A stretch of DNA of 60,558 nt from an uncultured Pseudomonadota bacterium (lineage in GTDB: Bacteria > UBA10199 > JADFYH01), in assembly GCA_964609335.1 (NCBI GenBank), contig CAZSRQ010000001.1, positions 1-60,558 on the forward strand. Direction: 5' to 3'. The stretch's first letter is position 1, and every line of letters begins with the position of its first letter. The notes beneath the pieces were generated by a model, which had not been told where the DNA came from, did no database searches, and was given only the letters and a program-made list of their open reading frames with translations. Positions 9,314 to 18,800 of this stretch are shown here, in pieces. The position numbers and the translations under genes were made by a program.

Positions 9314-10306
9314 TTAGGAAAAAAATGTCTTTTCAGCTTCTTCCGGCAATTTTTGCCCTGAGATTCTCACTCGCTGAATCAATTCCCAATAATAACGGTA
9401 AGTCGCTCGGTCATGCAGATCTCCTGCGAACTGGATCGGACCCCAATCGCTGCGATAAGCTTCAAGAAGAATATCGGATCCTTTTTTAACGAGCGAATAA
9501 TCAGGCGTCATCGCGGCAACAATCGATTCAATTTGGGTTGGATAAATCGACCACATTCGGAGGAACCCAAATTCATTTCTCGCACGATAGGCATCTTGGT
9601 AGGTTTTATACTGATCTTTCAGATCTAAAGTCACATTATGAGCCGGAACAATCCCATTCGCCAGTGCAGCCGCAACCACGTTTGACTTCGCACGAGCGAC
9701 CAATTTGTGCTCGAACTGTCCGGGGGATTTCATCGCGTTTTCAGGAATCGCCCCATGATGACCGGAAACGAAATCCATCAAGCCAAAATCAAGAACCTGC
9801 ATCCAGGGGAGTGACGCAATTTTATCGGCATCGCGAAGTGCGCCATGCGTTTCAACAAGAACATGAATCGGAATTTCCCGTTTGATATTCGCTTTTTTCG
9901 CTACCTGTTGGATATAACCAATCATCTCTTCGACTTGGGAAGCGGCAGTCGGTTTTGGAATGGTGATGTAAGCCACGATGTCACCGATCGCTGGAACAAG
10001 CTGATCGACATCTTGCCGCCAATGCTTGTTGGTATAATCATGAATTCGAACTCCACTCATCTTGTGCTGATTGAGAGCCGATTTCTGCATCGAGATAATC
10101 ATTTCGGCATGTTCTTTTTCTCGACCTTCTTGGGCACCATCTTCACAATCCATGGTAATATCAAAAACTCCCCCTTTTTTGTTTTGGAGCTCTAACGCTT
10201 TTGTGATCAGCTTTTCAGAGCCAGCAAAATGCTCACAGGCTGGGATGATTGGGAAAGGTTTTTCCCCTTCAAATAACGCTTCTTTTGGGTGGATATTTTT
10301 GGACAT
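9314..10306 (-). CDS. HpcH/CitE-family acyl-CoA lyase; candidate malyl-CoA/beta-methylmalyl-CoA lyase (Mcl-like)
   Basis: CitE-like motifs: DCEDGA, LVETHGALRDADKIA, GLMDFVS and WSIYPTQI. Start moved to the ATG at 10306 (MSKNIHPKE...), which has AAGGAG 7 nt upstream and removes the overlap with the epimerase gene. The ORF track's start at 10339 has no such support. Confidence 0.6.
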   Translation of the reverse strand: MSKNIHPKEALFEGEKPFPIIPACEHFAGSEKLITKALELQNKKGGVFDITMDCEDGAQEGREKEHAEMIISMQKSALNQHKMSGVRIHDYTNKHWRQDVDQLVPAIGDIVAYITIPKPTAASQVEEMIGYIQQVAKKANIKREIPIHVLVETHGALRDADKIASLPWMQVLDFGLMDFVSGHHGAIPENAMKSPGQFEHKLVARAKSNVVAAALANGIVPAHNVTLDLKDQYKTYQDAYRARNEFGFLRMWSIYPTQIESIVAAMTPDYSLVKKGSDILLEAYRSDWGPIQFAGDLHDRATYRYYWELIQRVRISGQKLPEEAEKTFFS

Positions 10307-10316
10307 AATTTTCTCC

Positions 10317-10742
10317 TTACTGTTTTTCAGATAATTCAATTAAAATTCCATTGGTTGATTTGGGATGAATAAACGCAATCTTCTTCCCATGCGCTCCAAT
10401 TCTAGGTTTCTCGTCGATCAATCTTATCCCCTTGCTCTTTAAATCAGCTAAATGGTGCTCCAAATCGCTCACCTCTAAACAGATATGATGAAGTCCGCTC
10501 CTCCCCTGAAGATTTGCTAAAAATTTTGAGATGGGGCTATCGGGAGCAGTGGGAAATAAAAGCTCAAGATTCGTTGGATCGCTTTCATGAGTACCGATCG
10601 CAAAAAAAGCAGCTTTGACTTTTTGGTCTTCCACCTCTTCAATATGATCCGGATCTTTCTTTAAAAGATTTTTAAAAAGTGAAATTGCCTCGTTGAGATC
10701 AGAAACAGCAATCGCGATATGATCGACTTTTTTGAAAGACAT
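10317..10742 (-). CDS. mce: methylmalonyl-CoA (ethylmalonyl-CoA) epimerase, glyoxalase/VOC fold
   Basis: 141 aa. VDHIAIAVSDLNEAISLF, GLHHICLEVSDLEHHLADLKSKGIRLIDEKPRIGAHGKKIAFIHPKSTNGILIEL matches the canonical MCE pattern. Confidence 0.8.
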   Translation of the reverse strand: MSFKKVDHIAIAVSDLNEAISLFKNLLKKDPDHIEEVEDQKVKAAFFAIGTHESDPTNLELLFPTAPDSPISKFLANLQGRSGLHHICLEVSDLEHHLADLKSKGIRLIDEKPRIGAHGKKIAFIHPKSTNGILIELSEKQ

Positions 10743-10874
10743 GAGAGCCTCGAATTCTTTTTTTTAGATGATCCGGCGATAAAGGCCGGAGGAAAATGTT
10801 GCTACTAAACGAGCGTCCGGATTGTCAAATTTAAAAACTATCTATCTTTTGGGATCTCCTCTATAATTCGCCGA

Positions 10875-11147
10875 ATGAGCATTGGCAGCTGGCTAAAAAA
10901 TGTGATGAATCTGAAAGTTCTCCCTTTCATAAAACCATCCCGTCCGATCGCCAAAGAGGCCGATGTCAAATCTCCTCGAAATTGGTTGAAAGAACTTTAC
11001 GGCGATTCGCCAGAACCAAAAAACGCTCCCAAATTTATCCATGCAGAAAAAAGACAGCCGATTCAATCCCTCAAAACAGGCGACCACAATCTATCGCAAA
11101 TATTGGATGAGGCATTGGAAGATCCCGTGAAAAAAAATCATTCTTGA
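10875..11147 (+). CDS. small hypothetical protein (90 aa)
   Basis: ORF only. No clear Shine-Dalgarno sequence and no family recognised. Confidence 0.3.
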   Translation: MSIGSWLKNVMNLKVLPFIKPSRPIAKEADVKSPRNWLKELYGDSPEPKNAPKFIHAEKRQPIQSLKTGDHNLSQILDEALEDPVKKNHS

Positions 11148-11256
11148 GCGTTGTGTATCCATGCAATCGTATTGGGGCACTTTTAAAAACAGTTCTGGTC
11201 ACTCCCCCATTAAGTATCATTGACAGCCCACTCAACTTCGCTTTAAGTAAAAAAAT

Positions 11257-12828
11257 ATGCCTCAAAAGCTCCTTTCCGATGAACCGATCGTCACCCTTGA
11301 AGCGATGATTCGTCATCCTTACGATTTGGCGGTTGCCACTGCTAGAACCTGCTACTCTTCGAAGGGAATCATCAAGGTTGATGAGGTGAGCAAAGATGAA
11401 AAAGCAATTCTCCTGAGGGATAAAATTGCAATCTCGACCCGCGATGCCGGTCATTTGACCACACGCCAGCATGCCCATTTTGTTTTTTCGATTGAGAAAG
11501 TTTCCAGGCAAGCTCTTTGGAGTTTTTTACATAGCCATCCCTTCTACAACTCAGAGCAGGTGAGCCAAAGATATGTCAAAGTGAAATCGGGGAATTGGAC
11601 CATTCCGTTACTACAAGAAAATCAACTTTCAATTTATGAAAATTGCCTCCATCAACAGACAAAAAATTATGAAGAGCTGATTCAATTACTCATCCCAAAA
11701 GTCGAGGAAGAATATTATTCAATTTTTCCAGTTCGACGAAAATGGGCAACAAAATATCAAAATACGATTGCGAAAAAAGCGTATGAGATTGCCCGCTACG
11801 TTTTGCCCGTTGCAACCCATGCCTATCTTTATCATACGATCAGCGCGGTCACGCTCCTCCGATATTGGAAGCTGGTGAATCTTTTTGATACTTCTGTCGA
11901 GCAACGGCTGATGGTTGAAAAGATGATTCAAGCAGTTTTGACCGTCGATCCCGATTTTCAGAAGGAGTTGGATGATCCTTATCCGTTAGAAACAACTCCG
12001 GAGTGGGAGATATTTAAAAAGCAGGAGACAAGAGACAGAAGACAGAAAACAGAAAACTTCATGAAAGAATTTGATCAATCGCTCGAAGGACATGTTTCAA
12101 AACTGGTCGATTATAAAATCAATTCCGAGCAAACCGTTGCCAACTCTGTGAGAGAAGTATTCGGACTGACAACACCTGAAATGTCGGATGCCGAGGCGAT
12201 TGACCATTTGATGAATCCGGCAAAAAACCGTTATCTTGCTGAAACCTTAAATGTGAACACTCTGTCAAAACTTTCCCGCTGCATGATGCATGCGCATTAC
12301 ACTTTTAGAAAAAAAATCTCCCATACCGCTGACAGCCAAGATCAAAGACATCGGATGACTCCAGGATCACGCCCCTTGCTCGCCAGCCATTACAGTGGGA
12401 CTCCGGATTATATTCTTCCCAAGCTGGTGCAACTGCATTCCCAAATTGAAGAGCTTTATCATCAGTCGATGAAACAGACGTTTGAAAGTATCAATCAACT
12501 GCTCAACGATGGAGTTTCGTTTGAGTCAGCTCTCTATCTCTTGCCCAATGCCTACCCGATCCGTTTTGAAGAATCGGGCGATCTTCTGAATCTGCATCAT
12601 AAATGGCACACCCGCGCCTGTTATACAGCGCAGGAAGAGATCTTTTTCGCCACCATCGATGAAATTTCCCAGGTGAAAGATTTGCATCCAGCGCTTGCCT
12701 CAAAAGTTTTGGCCCCCTGCTACATTCGCAAACAAGCCGGGGTAAAGCCGATCTGCCCCGAAGGAGAACGTTTCTGCGGAGTAAAAGTCTGGGAAAAAGA
12801 GATCAATCAATATACCCGAGTGATCTGA
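11257..12828 (+). CDS. thyX: FAD-dependent thymidylate synthase ThyX-like, long (~520 aa) form
   Basis: HLTTRQHAHFVFSIEKVSRQALWSFLHSHPFYNSEQVSQRYVKV resembles the ThyX core with its SQRY motif. A second segment, HTADSQDQRHRMTPGSRP, carries the RHR triad. At about twice the normal ThyX length, it suggests two ThyX-like halves. Confidence 0.55.
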   Translation: MPQKLLSDEPIVTLEAMIRHPYDLAVATARTCYSSKGIIKVDEVSKDEKAILLRDKIAISTRDAGHLTTRQHAHFVFSIEKVSRQALWSFLHSHPFYNSEQVSQRYVKVKSGNWTIPLLQENQLSIYENCLHQQTKNYEELIQLLIPKVEEEYYSIFPVRRKWATKYQNTIAKKAYEIARYVLPVATHAYLYHTISAVTLLRYWKLVNLFDTSVEQRLMVEKMIQAVLTVDPDFQKELDDPYPLETTPEWEIFKKQETRDRRQKTENFMKEFDQSLEGHVSKLVDYKINSEQTVANSVREVFGLTTPEMSDAEAIDHLMNPAKNRYLAETLNVNTLSKLSRCMMHAHYTFRKKISHTADSQDQRHRMTPGSRPLLASHYSGTPDYILPKLVQLHSQIEELYHQSMKQTFESINQLLNDGVSFESALYLLPNAYPIRFEESGDLLNLHHKWHTRACYTAQEEIFFATIDEISQVKDLHPALASKVLAPCYIRKQAGVKPICPEGERFCGVKVWEKEINQYTRVI

Positions 12829-13496
12829 TGCTCAGAAAAATCCACCACATTCTGGTCGACCACCTGTTTTATCCTCTGGCACTTTCCAGTCTGCTCGCCA
12901 CTCTCTTTTTATTTTTTCGGATTTATTATTTCGACCATTATTCCTATCTCTTTTTATTCTGGAATCTTTTTCTCGCCTGGATTCCCTATGGCTGCAGCCT
13001 TTTATTTCTCTATCTTCAAAGACATTTTTCAATCCAATGGCGCTATCTTTCTCCGCTTTTTTTCATCTGGCTTTTTTTCTTTCCGAATGCCCCCTATATT
13101 TTGACCGACTTCTGGCATTTGCGTGAGCGAGCACCTGTTCCACTTTGGTACGATATTGGATTGCTTCTCGCTTTTTCCTGGAGCGGATGTCTCCTTGCAT
13201 TCGCCTCTCTCAATTCGATTCAGGATCTGCTCGATAAAAAAGTCGGAAAAATCATCAGCGGAACTTTTACCGTCTCGATCTTTGCACTTTCAGGCTTGGG
13301 AATTTATCTCGGCCGATTCTTGAGATGGAACAGTTGGGATTTGCTGACAAAGCCTACGCTTCTTTTTCAGGAACTTTTCCAGAAGTTGACCGACTCAGAA
13401 TATCATCCACAAGTCATCGGATTTACCACGATGTTTTCGCTGATATTGGCAACCAACTATTTTGTTTTTAGAGGAATCCAAAAAAGAAAGGAGTAA
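12828..13496 (+). CDS. DUF1361-like polytopic membrane protein
   Basis: 222 aa with multiple TM segments and an FWNLFLAWIPY motif. Its ATG overlaps the thyX TGA (TGATG), indicating translational coupling. Confidence 0.6.
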   Translation: MLRKIHHILVDHLFYPLALSSLLATLFLFFRIYYFDHYSYLFLFWNLFLAWIPYGCSLLFLYLQRHFSIQWRYLSPLFFIWLFFFPNAPYILTDFWHLRERAPVPLWYDIGLLLAFSWSGCLLAFASLNSIQDLLDKKVGKIISGTFTVSIFALSGLGIYLGRFLRWNSWDLLTKPTLLFQELFQKLTDSEYHPQVIGFTTMFSLILATNYFVFRGIQKRKE

Positions 13497-13511
13497 GCAC
13501 ACTTTACACTC

Positions 13512-13538
13512 TTGACTACACATAGATATGTGTAATAT
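13512..13538 (+). promoter_or_regulatory. putative vapBC promoter with an embedded palindromic operator
   Basis: TTGACT (13512-13517) is followed by the perfect inverted repeat ACACATA-GA-TATGTGT (13518-13533), which overlaps a TAATAT -10-like hexamer. It lies about 25 nt upstream of vapB. Confidence 0.45.
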
Positions 13539-13563
13539 TCTTTTATGAAAAGGAGTGATAAAA

Positions 13564-13764
13564 ATGGCAACCAATCTTGCAATTGATGATCGTTTAATTC
13601 TCGAGGCGCAAAAAATGGGAAAGAAAAAAACGAAGAAAGAAGCAGTGACAGCGGCTCTCATCGAATATATCCAAAAAAGAAAACAATCAGAAATCATCGA
13701 GTTGTTCGGAACTATTCCCTACGATAAAAATTATCATTATAAAAAAGGAAGAAATAGAAAATGA
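13564..13764 (+). CDS. vapB: type II antitoxin, VapB family
   Basis: MATNLAIDDRLILEAQKMGKKKTKKEAVTAALIEYIQKRKQ. AAGGAG lies 8 nt upstream of the ATG at 13564. The gene overlaps the following PIN gene by 4 nt. Confidence 0.75.
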   Translation: MATNLAIDDRLILEAQKMGKKKTKKEAVTAALIEYIQKRKQSEIIELFGTIPYDKNYHYKKGRNRK

Positions 13765-14165
13765 ACGTTTTGGTCGATACCAGCATCTGGTCGTTGGCAC
13801 TTAGACACAAGTCTCATAATATTAAAAAAAGAGAGATTGAAGAACTCGAAAATTTGATCCGAGAAAATCGAGCAAGTATTATTGGGCCTGTTCGACAAGA
13901 ACTTCTCTCAGGGATTTCAGATGATCTTTTTTTTAGAAAACTGAAACAAAAACTACACTCATTTAGCGATATCCCCCTAGAGAAGGAACATTACGAATTA
14001 GCCGCCGAAATGTATAATCAATGCCGTAAAAAGGGAATTCAAGGCTCCCATGTCGATTTCATGATTTGCGCTATAGCTCGCACCTATCAACTTCCGATTT
14101 TTACCCACGATCTTGACTTTCATTCTTATTCTAAAATACTCAAGTTAACCCTTTACCAATTGTAA
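13761..14165 (+). CDS. vapC: type II toxin, PIN-domain ribonuclease VapC
   Basis: 134 aa. The N-terminal VLVDTSIW carries the PIN Asp, and FTHDLDF lies near the C-terminus. Its start overlaps the upstream antitoxin gene (ATGA overlap). Confidence 0.75.
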   Translation: MNVLVDTSIWSLALRHKSHNIKKREIEELENLIRENRASIIGPVRQELLSGISDDLFFRKLKQKLHSFSDIPLEKEHYELAAEMYNQCRKKGIQGSHVDFMICAIARTYQLPIFTHDLDFHSYSKILKLTLYQL

Positions 14166-14174
14166 AACAAAAAA

Positions 14175-14202
14175 GGCGAATCAAAAATTGATTCGCCTTT
14201 TT
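14175..14202. terminator. bidirectional Rho-independent terminator between the convergent vapC and 14223-14912 genes
   Basis: GGCGAATCAA-AAA-TTGATTCGCC hairpin, flanked by an A-run upstream and a T-run downstream. Confidence 0.7.
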
Positions 14203-14222
14203 AAATTCAAAAATAAAACAGA

Positions 14223-14912
14223 TCAGTTTCCGAACAACTTGCTCGAAAGACTTTTCGCATTTTCTGCAGTTGCAGGATTTTTGGTATGAGATGCCAAACT
14301 GTTTTTTAGCTTATCGTCTTTATTAATATTTCCACTATAAAGAAGGGCTCCTTTAATCGCATTATTAATCTGTTCCGGCTCCATTCCAGGCTTCGTCAAA
14401 TAAGCAACGGGAGGGGCATCGTACGGTTTGAATTCGGAATGAATTTCGGTCGAGACGAGTCTCGCATGCCCTTGTGCTTCACCAGGAATCTCTTTTGAGT
14501 AGTGATTATACTCAACCACTCCCCCTTTTTTTGCCTGCTTGATTTCATTCGGATTCAATTCTGTCTTGAAGGTGAGACCGTTTTTGAAATGATCCATGGT
14601 GATATAATGATTTGGATTTTCTACCACTTCTAGCGGAAGCAAGGTCACTTCCCACTCTTTGCTGTTCGGAATCTGTTTATAATCAACTAAAGCTCCGCGA
14701 ACAAAAAAGTCAGGATTATGAATTGCGTAAGAATCTGGCCAATCATTTTTCCAGGCAAGAAGTTTTTTCTCACGTGCGGTGACAACTCCAGAAGCTTCCT
14801 TCTTGGCAGCTCCCTTTTTTTTCGTTGCTGCTTGTGTGTTTGAACCTAAAACAAAAGCAGCCACTAAAAATAAAACCGCTAAAAAGCCAATCTTCTTTAA
14901 ATGCTTTTTCAT
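14223..14912 (-). CDS. secreted hypothetical protein (229 aa)
   Basis: AAGGAGG RBS and signal peptide MKKHLKKIGFLAVLFLVAAFVLGSNTQA. No family recognised. Confidence 0.6.
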   Translation of the reverse strand: MKKHLKKIGFLAVLFLVAAFVLGSNTQAATKKKGAAKKEASGVVTAREKKLLAWKNDWPDSYAIHNPDFFVRGALVDYKQIPNSKEWEVTLLPLEVVENPNHYITMDHFKNGLTFKTELNPNEIKQAKKGGVVEYNHYSKEIPGEAQGHARLVSTEIHSEFKPYDAPPVAYLTKPGMEPEQINNAIKGALLYSGNINKDDKLKNSLASHTKNPATAENAKSLSSKLFGN

Positions 14913-15010
14913 GAATCCTCCTTAGAATGTTTTTTATAATATGAAAGGATAAACGATCTACTTTGTATCACAAAAGGGGAAGAGCAACAAGGGCGGTTTT
15001 TCAATCAGAC

Positions 15011-15325
15011 TCACTTGAAGAGCATCAAGCGTTCAACTTTTTGGCCATGAATGAGATGTGAATCAATAATTTCTTTGGCATCTTCAATAGTTGCAACTTT
15101 ATACCACACCGCGTCAGGATAAATAACCACCGTGGGACCTTTCGCACAAAAATCCAGACACCCCGCGGCATTTGCCCGGATTTTGCTCGAGAGCCCCAGT
15201 TTTTTCAATTCATCCTTGAAATAATCGCGGATCGCCTCCGAACCTTTGGAAGCACAACATCCACGGGGATCGGCGGGATCTCGTTGATTAGTACAGATAA
15301 AAAGATGTCTTTCAAATGGAGGCAT
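15011..15325 (-). CDS. thioredoxin-like [2Fe-2S] ferredoxin
   Basis: 104 aa. HLFICTNQR...GCCA...AGCLDFCAKGPTVVIYPDAVWY fits the four-Cys pattern of (2Fe-2S) ferredoxin-domain proteins. Confidence 0.7.
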   Translation of the reverse strand: MPPFERHLFICTNQRDPADPRGCCASKGSEAIRDYFKDELKKLGLSSKIRANAAGCLDFCAKGPTVVIYPDAVWYKVATIEDAKEIIDSHLIHGQKVERLMLFK

Positions 15326-15327
15326 TT

Positions 15328-15729
15328 TTATTCTTTCTCCCCGCTTGATAAAGGAGGGGCTGGGATAGGTCTCTTCCGATGAATTTCAACTCCCACCTCC
15401 CCTGCATTCGGAATAATCTTCGGCTTGAAAATTTTCAGCTTCAACTCTTCAATCAAAAATTCCTTGAAAATAAGATTCGCAATCTCCTCAGCCAACGCCT
15501 CGAGCAGATGAAAACTGGATTGCGCGACAAACCTCGTCACTGCTTTGCAAACCTGATCATAGTCAATCGCATCTTCAATTTGATCGGTTTGGGCCGCTTT
15601 GGAAAAATTCGTATAAAGTTTTAAATCGATCAAAATAGTTTGAGGAGATTTTCTCTCTTCTTCGGTAACACCAAGAATGCAAGAGACTTGGAGTTGATGA
15701 ATCAATATTTTGTCATGAGAAGAGTTCAC
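15328..15729 (-). CDS. folB: dihydroneopterin aldolase
   Basis: 133 aa. ILIHQLQVSCILGVTEEERKSPQTILIDLKLY...DQIEDAIDYDQVCKAV is a typical FolB pattern. Confidence 0.75.
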   Translation of the reverse strand: MNSSHDKILIHQLQVSCILGVTEEERKSPQTILIDLKLYTNFSKAAQTDQIEDAIDYDQVCKAVTRFVAQSSFHLLEALAEEIANLIFKEFLIEELKLKIFKPKIIPNAGEVGVEIHRKRPIPAPPLSSGEKE

Positions 15730-15802
15730 AAAGAAAACTTACTCATGACAAAAATATTTTCTCAAGAAGTTTATAGAATTATTTTTCATTTCTTTCGACG
15801 GT

Positions 15803-18800
15803 TCACCCTTTTCCCCCTCGTGCAAGTTCAAGAAGCCGCTCCGCTATCTGACGAGCATGTTCATGGGGATCAACGCTTCCAGAGTTTATAAATCCTTGCA
15901 AGAGCCGTCTGGCAGTTTCTTCTGGAGGTAACTCAGCCGATCTTTCTGCATGCCGCGAAAGCTCTAATCCTTGGCGAGTCGGAGAGTAAGTTTGATGCGC
16001 GGCCACTGCCTCATTAAAATGCCGAACCATGGAAGAATACAAATCTTTCAGATCGACCAAATCATCAATCGCTCCAACCTCCAAGGCACGCTGGGTTGTG
16101 TGGGCCGCATTGTATTTCTCTCCCTCTCGCACTTCAATTTCGCCAATCACTTGATGCAAAGCTTCCTGGTATTTTTCATCAGATATTTTTTTGGCTTCCT
16201 GAACTCTAGGATCTTTCTCGGCTCTTCTCGCAATTTCTCCCCGAGCAACAATATTGGTATAGATATTCGCTCCAACCACACGAACCGCTGTAATCAGATT
16301 TTCGTGGCGAATCGCAATAATTCGATGTTGGCCTTGTTCTTCCGGCCGCCTGAGCTGCTTACTGACTGAAACCATGTATCCGCCAATCAACGAAGAAAGA
16401 TCGACACAAAGGTAGGGGTAGCGAAGCCGGCTCACTGCATCTTGCAGAGAAGCACCCCAGGTTAACTGTTTTTCAATCATCGCTTGGGGATCGGCCATAT
16501 AAAATGGATTTCCTGCATTCAAATTAATGACCGGCAAACCAAGCAGATCGGCCTTTCGAACCGCCTTGGTATAAATTTCAGAATCGAGGGGAGTCAACGC
16601 ACCACTGAGAGCGATCCAGAGAGTCGAACGGCCTTGATATTGCTGAATTCGTACCTGAATATTGGGAGGTTTTCTTAAAATTCCGCCAATCCGATTTTTA
16701 TCTCCTCGAACGGTCGGTAGATGTTCAGGTGGAACTTTTCCCAAAAGATCTTCAATTTCTCCCCACAATCGAATTTCAGGAGGAGAACCTGGATCTCGAA
16801 ACGCATCCATCACCGCCTGCATATTCCAGGGAGGTCGGTTTCCAATCATCGCAATCAATTCGTCTTTCACCGTTCGGCTAAGAGCAAGAGATTTCGGATG
16901 TTCTTTTCGAAGCAAATCGATGATCTCTTGAGGATTCACCTCTTGACCACGAGAAATCTGTTCTAAAGTTTCTTTTAAAGTGGCACCCGAAGCAAGACGA
17001 AGATTCAAGGCAGCCGCATCAGAGGATTGTTGAAAAAGCGCAATAACCTCCGCAGGTCTCAGTCTTTTTCCCTCGGCAAGTCCCAGTAGCTGAGCTTGAA
17101 AAGAGGGGCCGGAAACAAAAGTCAAAGGATCGATTGGAGAAATCGGAGCAGAACGACGAAGCGGAATAAGCGTTTCAGGCCTTCGAAGTGCCGTATAATA
17201 ATAAGCCCGATTCAACAGATCGAACGCCTCACTCAAATCTTGGGTACCGATCATCCCTTCGCCATTTCGTCCGTAGATCTCGCGGTATCCCCCCATCGAT
17301 CTTGTTCCTTCGGGATAAGACCGCTTCACTTCTCCATCGATATCCCAACTTTTCAAAGTAGGCTTATAGGCAATAATCTGCGCCCCAGGGCCGGTCAGAA
17401 TTGCGGTTCCGGTATCTCGTACAAAAACATTCAATCCTGCCGTATCCAGAAGCATCGTTCGCCGAGCCGTATCATAGGCTGCTCCGCCAACCACATAACG
17501 ATAAACAATTTCATGAATCGGCCCCTGCTCTTCGGCAATATAACGATTCGTCACTCCAAGGTGAGAGGCAATTCCATCCAGATGCTCAACTCCGGTTTCC
17601 GCGTTTACATCGGCGCCAGGAGAAGCGGAAACCGATTCCACCGGAACTTCAAATCCATATTGACGACTCAATTTTCGCGCTAAAGCCAAGGCGCCGTTCT
17701 TGCGCGCCGATGTTTCAGGATCCAGTGCTCCGCCATTTCGGGTAAGATCACCAATCATCATAACCACGGGAAAAGGTCGCTCTAATCCGAGATCTCGATA
17801 GCTGACAGCCACCACGACTCCTGCTTTATTTTTTCCTGGCAATCTCGATGTTCCGTCTTTCTCAACAGCAGGAACCAGCTCACCCGAGAAATAATCGATC
17901 TGTCCTGTCTTGGGATTTTTCCGGATGGAAGCAGGATCAAAATCATATTCCACTTCATGATCGATAAATATCCCCTCTGGAACTGATTGAGATCGATCCA
18001 AAAGATCTTGCGGACTTTGTATTCCCAAAGATTCCCGAAACTTTCTCGCAGAAAGCCTGGCGACCGATGGAATTCTGGCAGCAAAAATACCGGCTTTTGC
18101 CACCTCTCTTTCTTCCCGAAGACCGACTTCATCCCTCGGCAAAATCGGCTGATCGGCCAGCTGATAAGATCCCGCCGAAAAAATTACCAAAGGATCTTTC
18201 TTCCAAAGAGAATAATTGAACGGATCGAGATGAACTTCTCTTTTAACCGCCCTTTCCCCCTCTTCCAAAATCACGTTTCCCTGAACCACATACTTCAAAT
18301 TATGAACAAACTGATATCCCGTGGGATTTGCAATCTCGGTGATGATCGGCTGACATTCTCCTGTTTGCGGATCCTGAATCAAACCTCTCACCGTTGTTTT
18401 TTGCAGGCGAAGCCCCTTCAATCGGCCATCTTTCTCCGTTTGCTTGGCGAGCCGTTCGGAGTAGTTTGTAAACTCTTCCGCAGAGATCGGAAGCGGAGGA
18501 AGAATCTCGACATGCGCCTGATTCCAGCCCGGCTGTTGTTCTTTCGGTCTGCTTTGAAGAGATTTTTTCATCACATCGAGAAGCGCCTCAAATCGGGTTC
18601 TGATTTCTGGAATCTCCTGAAGCGTTCCATCGGCTGTTCGAATGACGCGGGCTTCAGAAACGATCGATCTTCCAAACATTCGTCGATCTTTCTTTTGAGG
18701 ATGCTCGACGTAAAAAACATGGGAAGAAACATCCGAATGAAGCGAATCCCGTTCTCTCTTCGGAAATAATGCAAGGTTTCCGAGCCGTAAATAATGATGT

